A stretch of 63,837 bases of DNA, counting the filler, from Octopus bimaculoides (lineage: Eukaryota), in the NCBI RefSeq assembly GCF_001194135.2. It is 6 parts of 5 records of this genome, joined end to end, with 100 filler letters (N's around TTAATTAATTAA, not from the genome) between each part and the next. Parts side by side here need not be neighbours in the genome. Positions count along the whole stretch, not along the records: positions 61,006 to 63,837 come from NC_069000.1; 5 more parts are not named here. One strand, written 5' to 3'. A model generated the notes under the pieces. That model was not told the DNA's origin. It searched no databases and saw only the letters and a program-made list of their open reading frames with translations. Positions 63,518 to 63,837 of the stretch are shown in pieces. Position 1 is the first letter of the stretch. Each line of letters begins with the position of its first letter. Made by a program: the position numbers and the translations under genes.

Positions 63518-63837
63518 CATGTATGTATATATATACACACACAGAACATTGTCACCCCATTTCTCCCTATTGTCCCATCTTCCTTTTTGCTTTGTTTTTT
63601 TCTCCCATCTCGCATATATTTTCTTCTCACAACCCCTTTTTCGTTTTTTCTCCTCATGCCTTTATTTTTTTTCCCCCACACCTGTTAAAAAAGTTTTTTT
63701 TCCAGTTTTTTTCCCCCCTTTTTTTCTTTTTTTCCTTTTTTCCACGTCCAATTTTCTCATCACGCTTGTTTTTTTTCCACCACACCTTTTGTAATTCTCC
63801 TTCCCACGTCTAATTTTCTTTTCTCTCTCGTTCCATC

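Noticed and set aside
196-63813. Long ORFs rich in HT, YI, CV, LS, RE or poly-S/D/M/I, and X-filled ORFs
   Set aside because: They are translations of microsatellites and N gaps, with no protein-like content.

Overview
AT-rich, microsatellite-saturated eukaryotic DNA, most likely intronic or intergenic sequence from an octopus or other coleoid cephalopod. That assignment is an inference from the SINE families and repeat landscape. The window has many N gaps, and five N-TTAATTAATTAA-N scaffold linkers (11966, 42470, 49181, 57693, 60950) mean long-range adjacency is not guaranteed. I could not identify any host protein-coding exon with confidence. Nearly all listed ORFs are microsatellite or gap artefacts. 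The real coding signal is decayed transposons: two Penelope-like (GIY-YIG) retroelements, a mariner, a DD37D maT element, and RTE, CR1-like and R4/Dong-like LINE fragments. More than 30 tRNA-derived SINE copies from 3-4 families are also present. The most notable unannotated signal is a set of minimal type I hammerhead-ribozyme motifs from about five sequence families (18338, 24315, 30280, 30584, 38449, 51212, 51883, 55338, 58896). All have a palindromic stem III. Two sit directly downstream of Penelope GIY-YIG ORF remnants. Two loci form head-to-head fold-back pairs, and two are nested inside SINEs with 11-12 bp target duplications. Ribozyme activity is predicted from sequence only. Repeat boundaries are approximate unless exact motifs are quoted.
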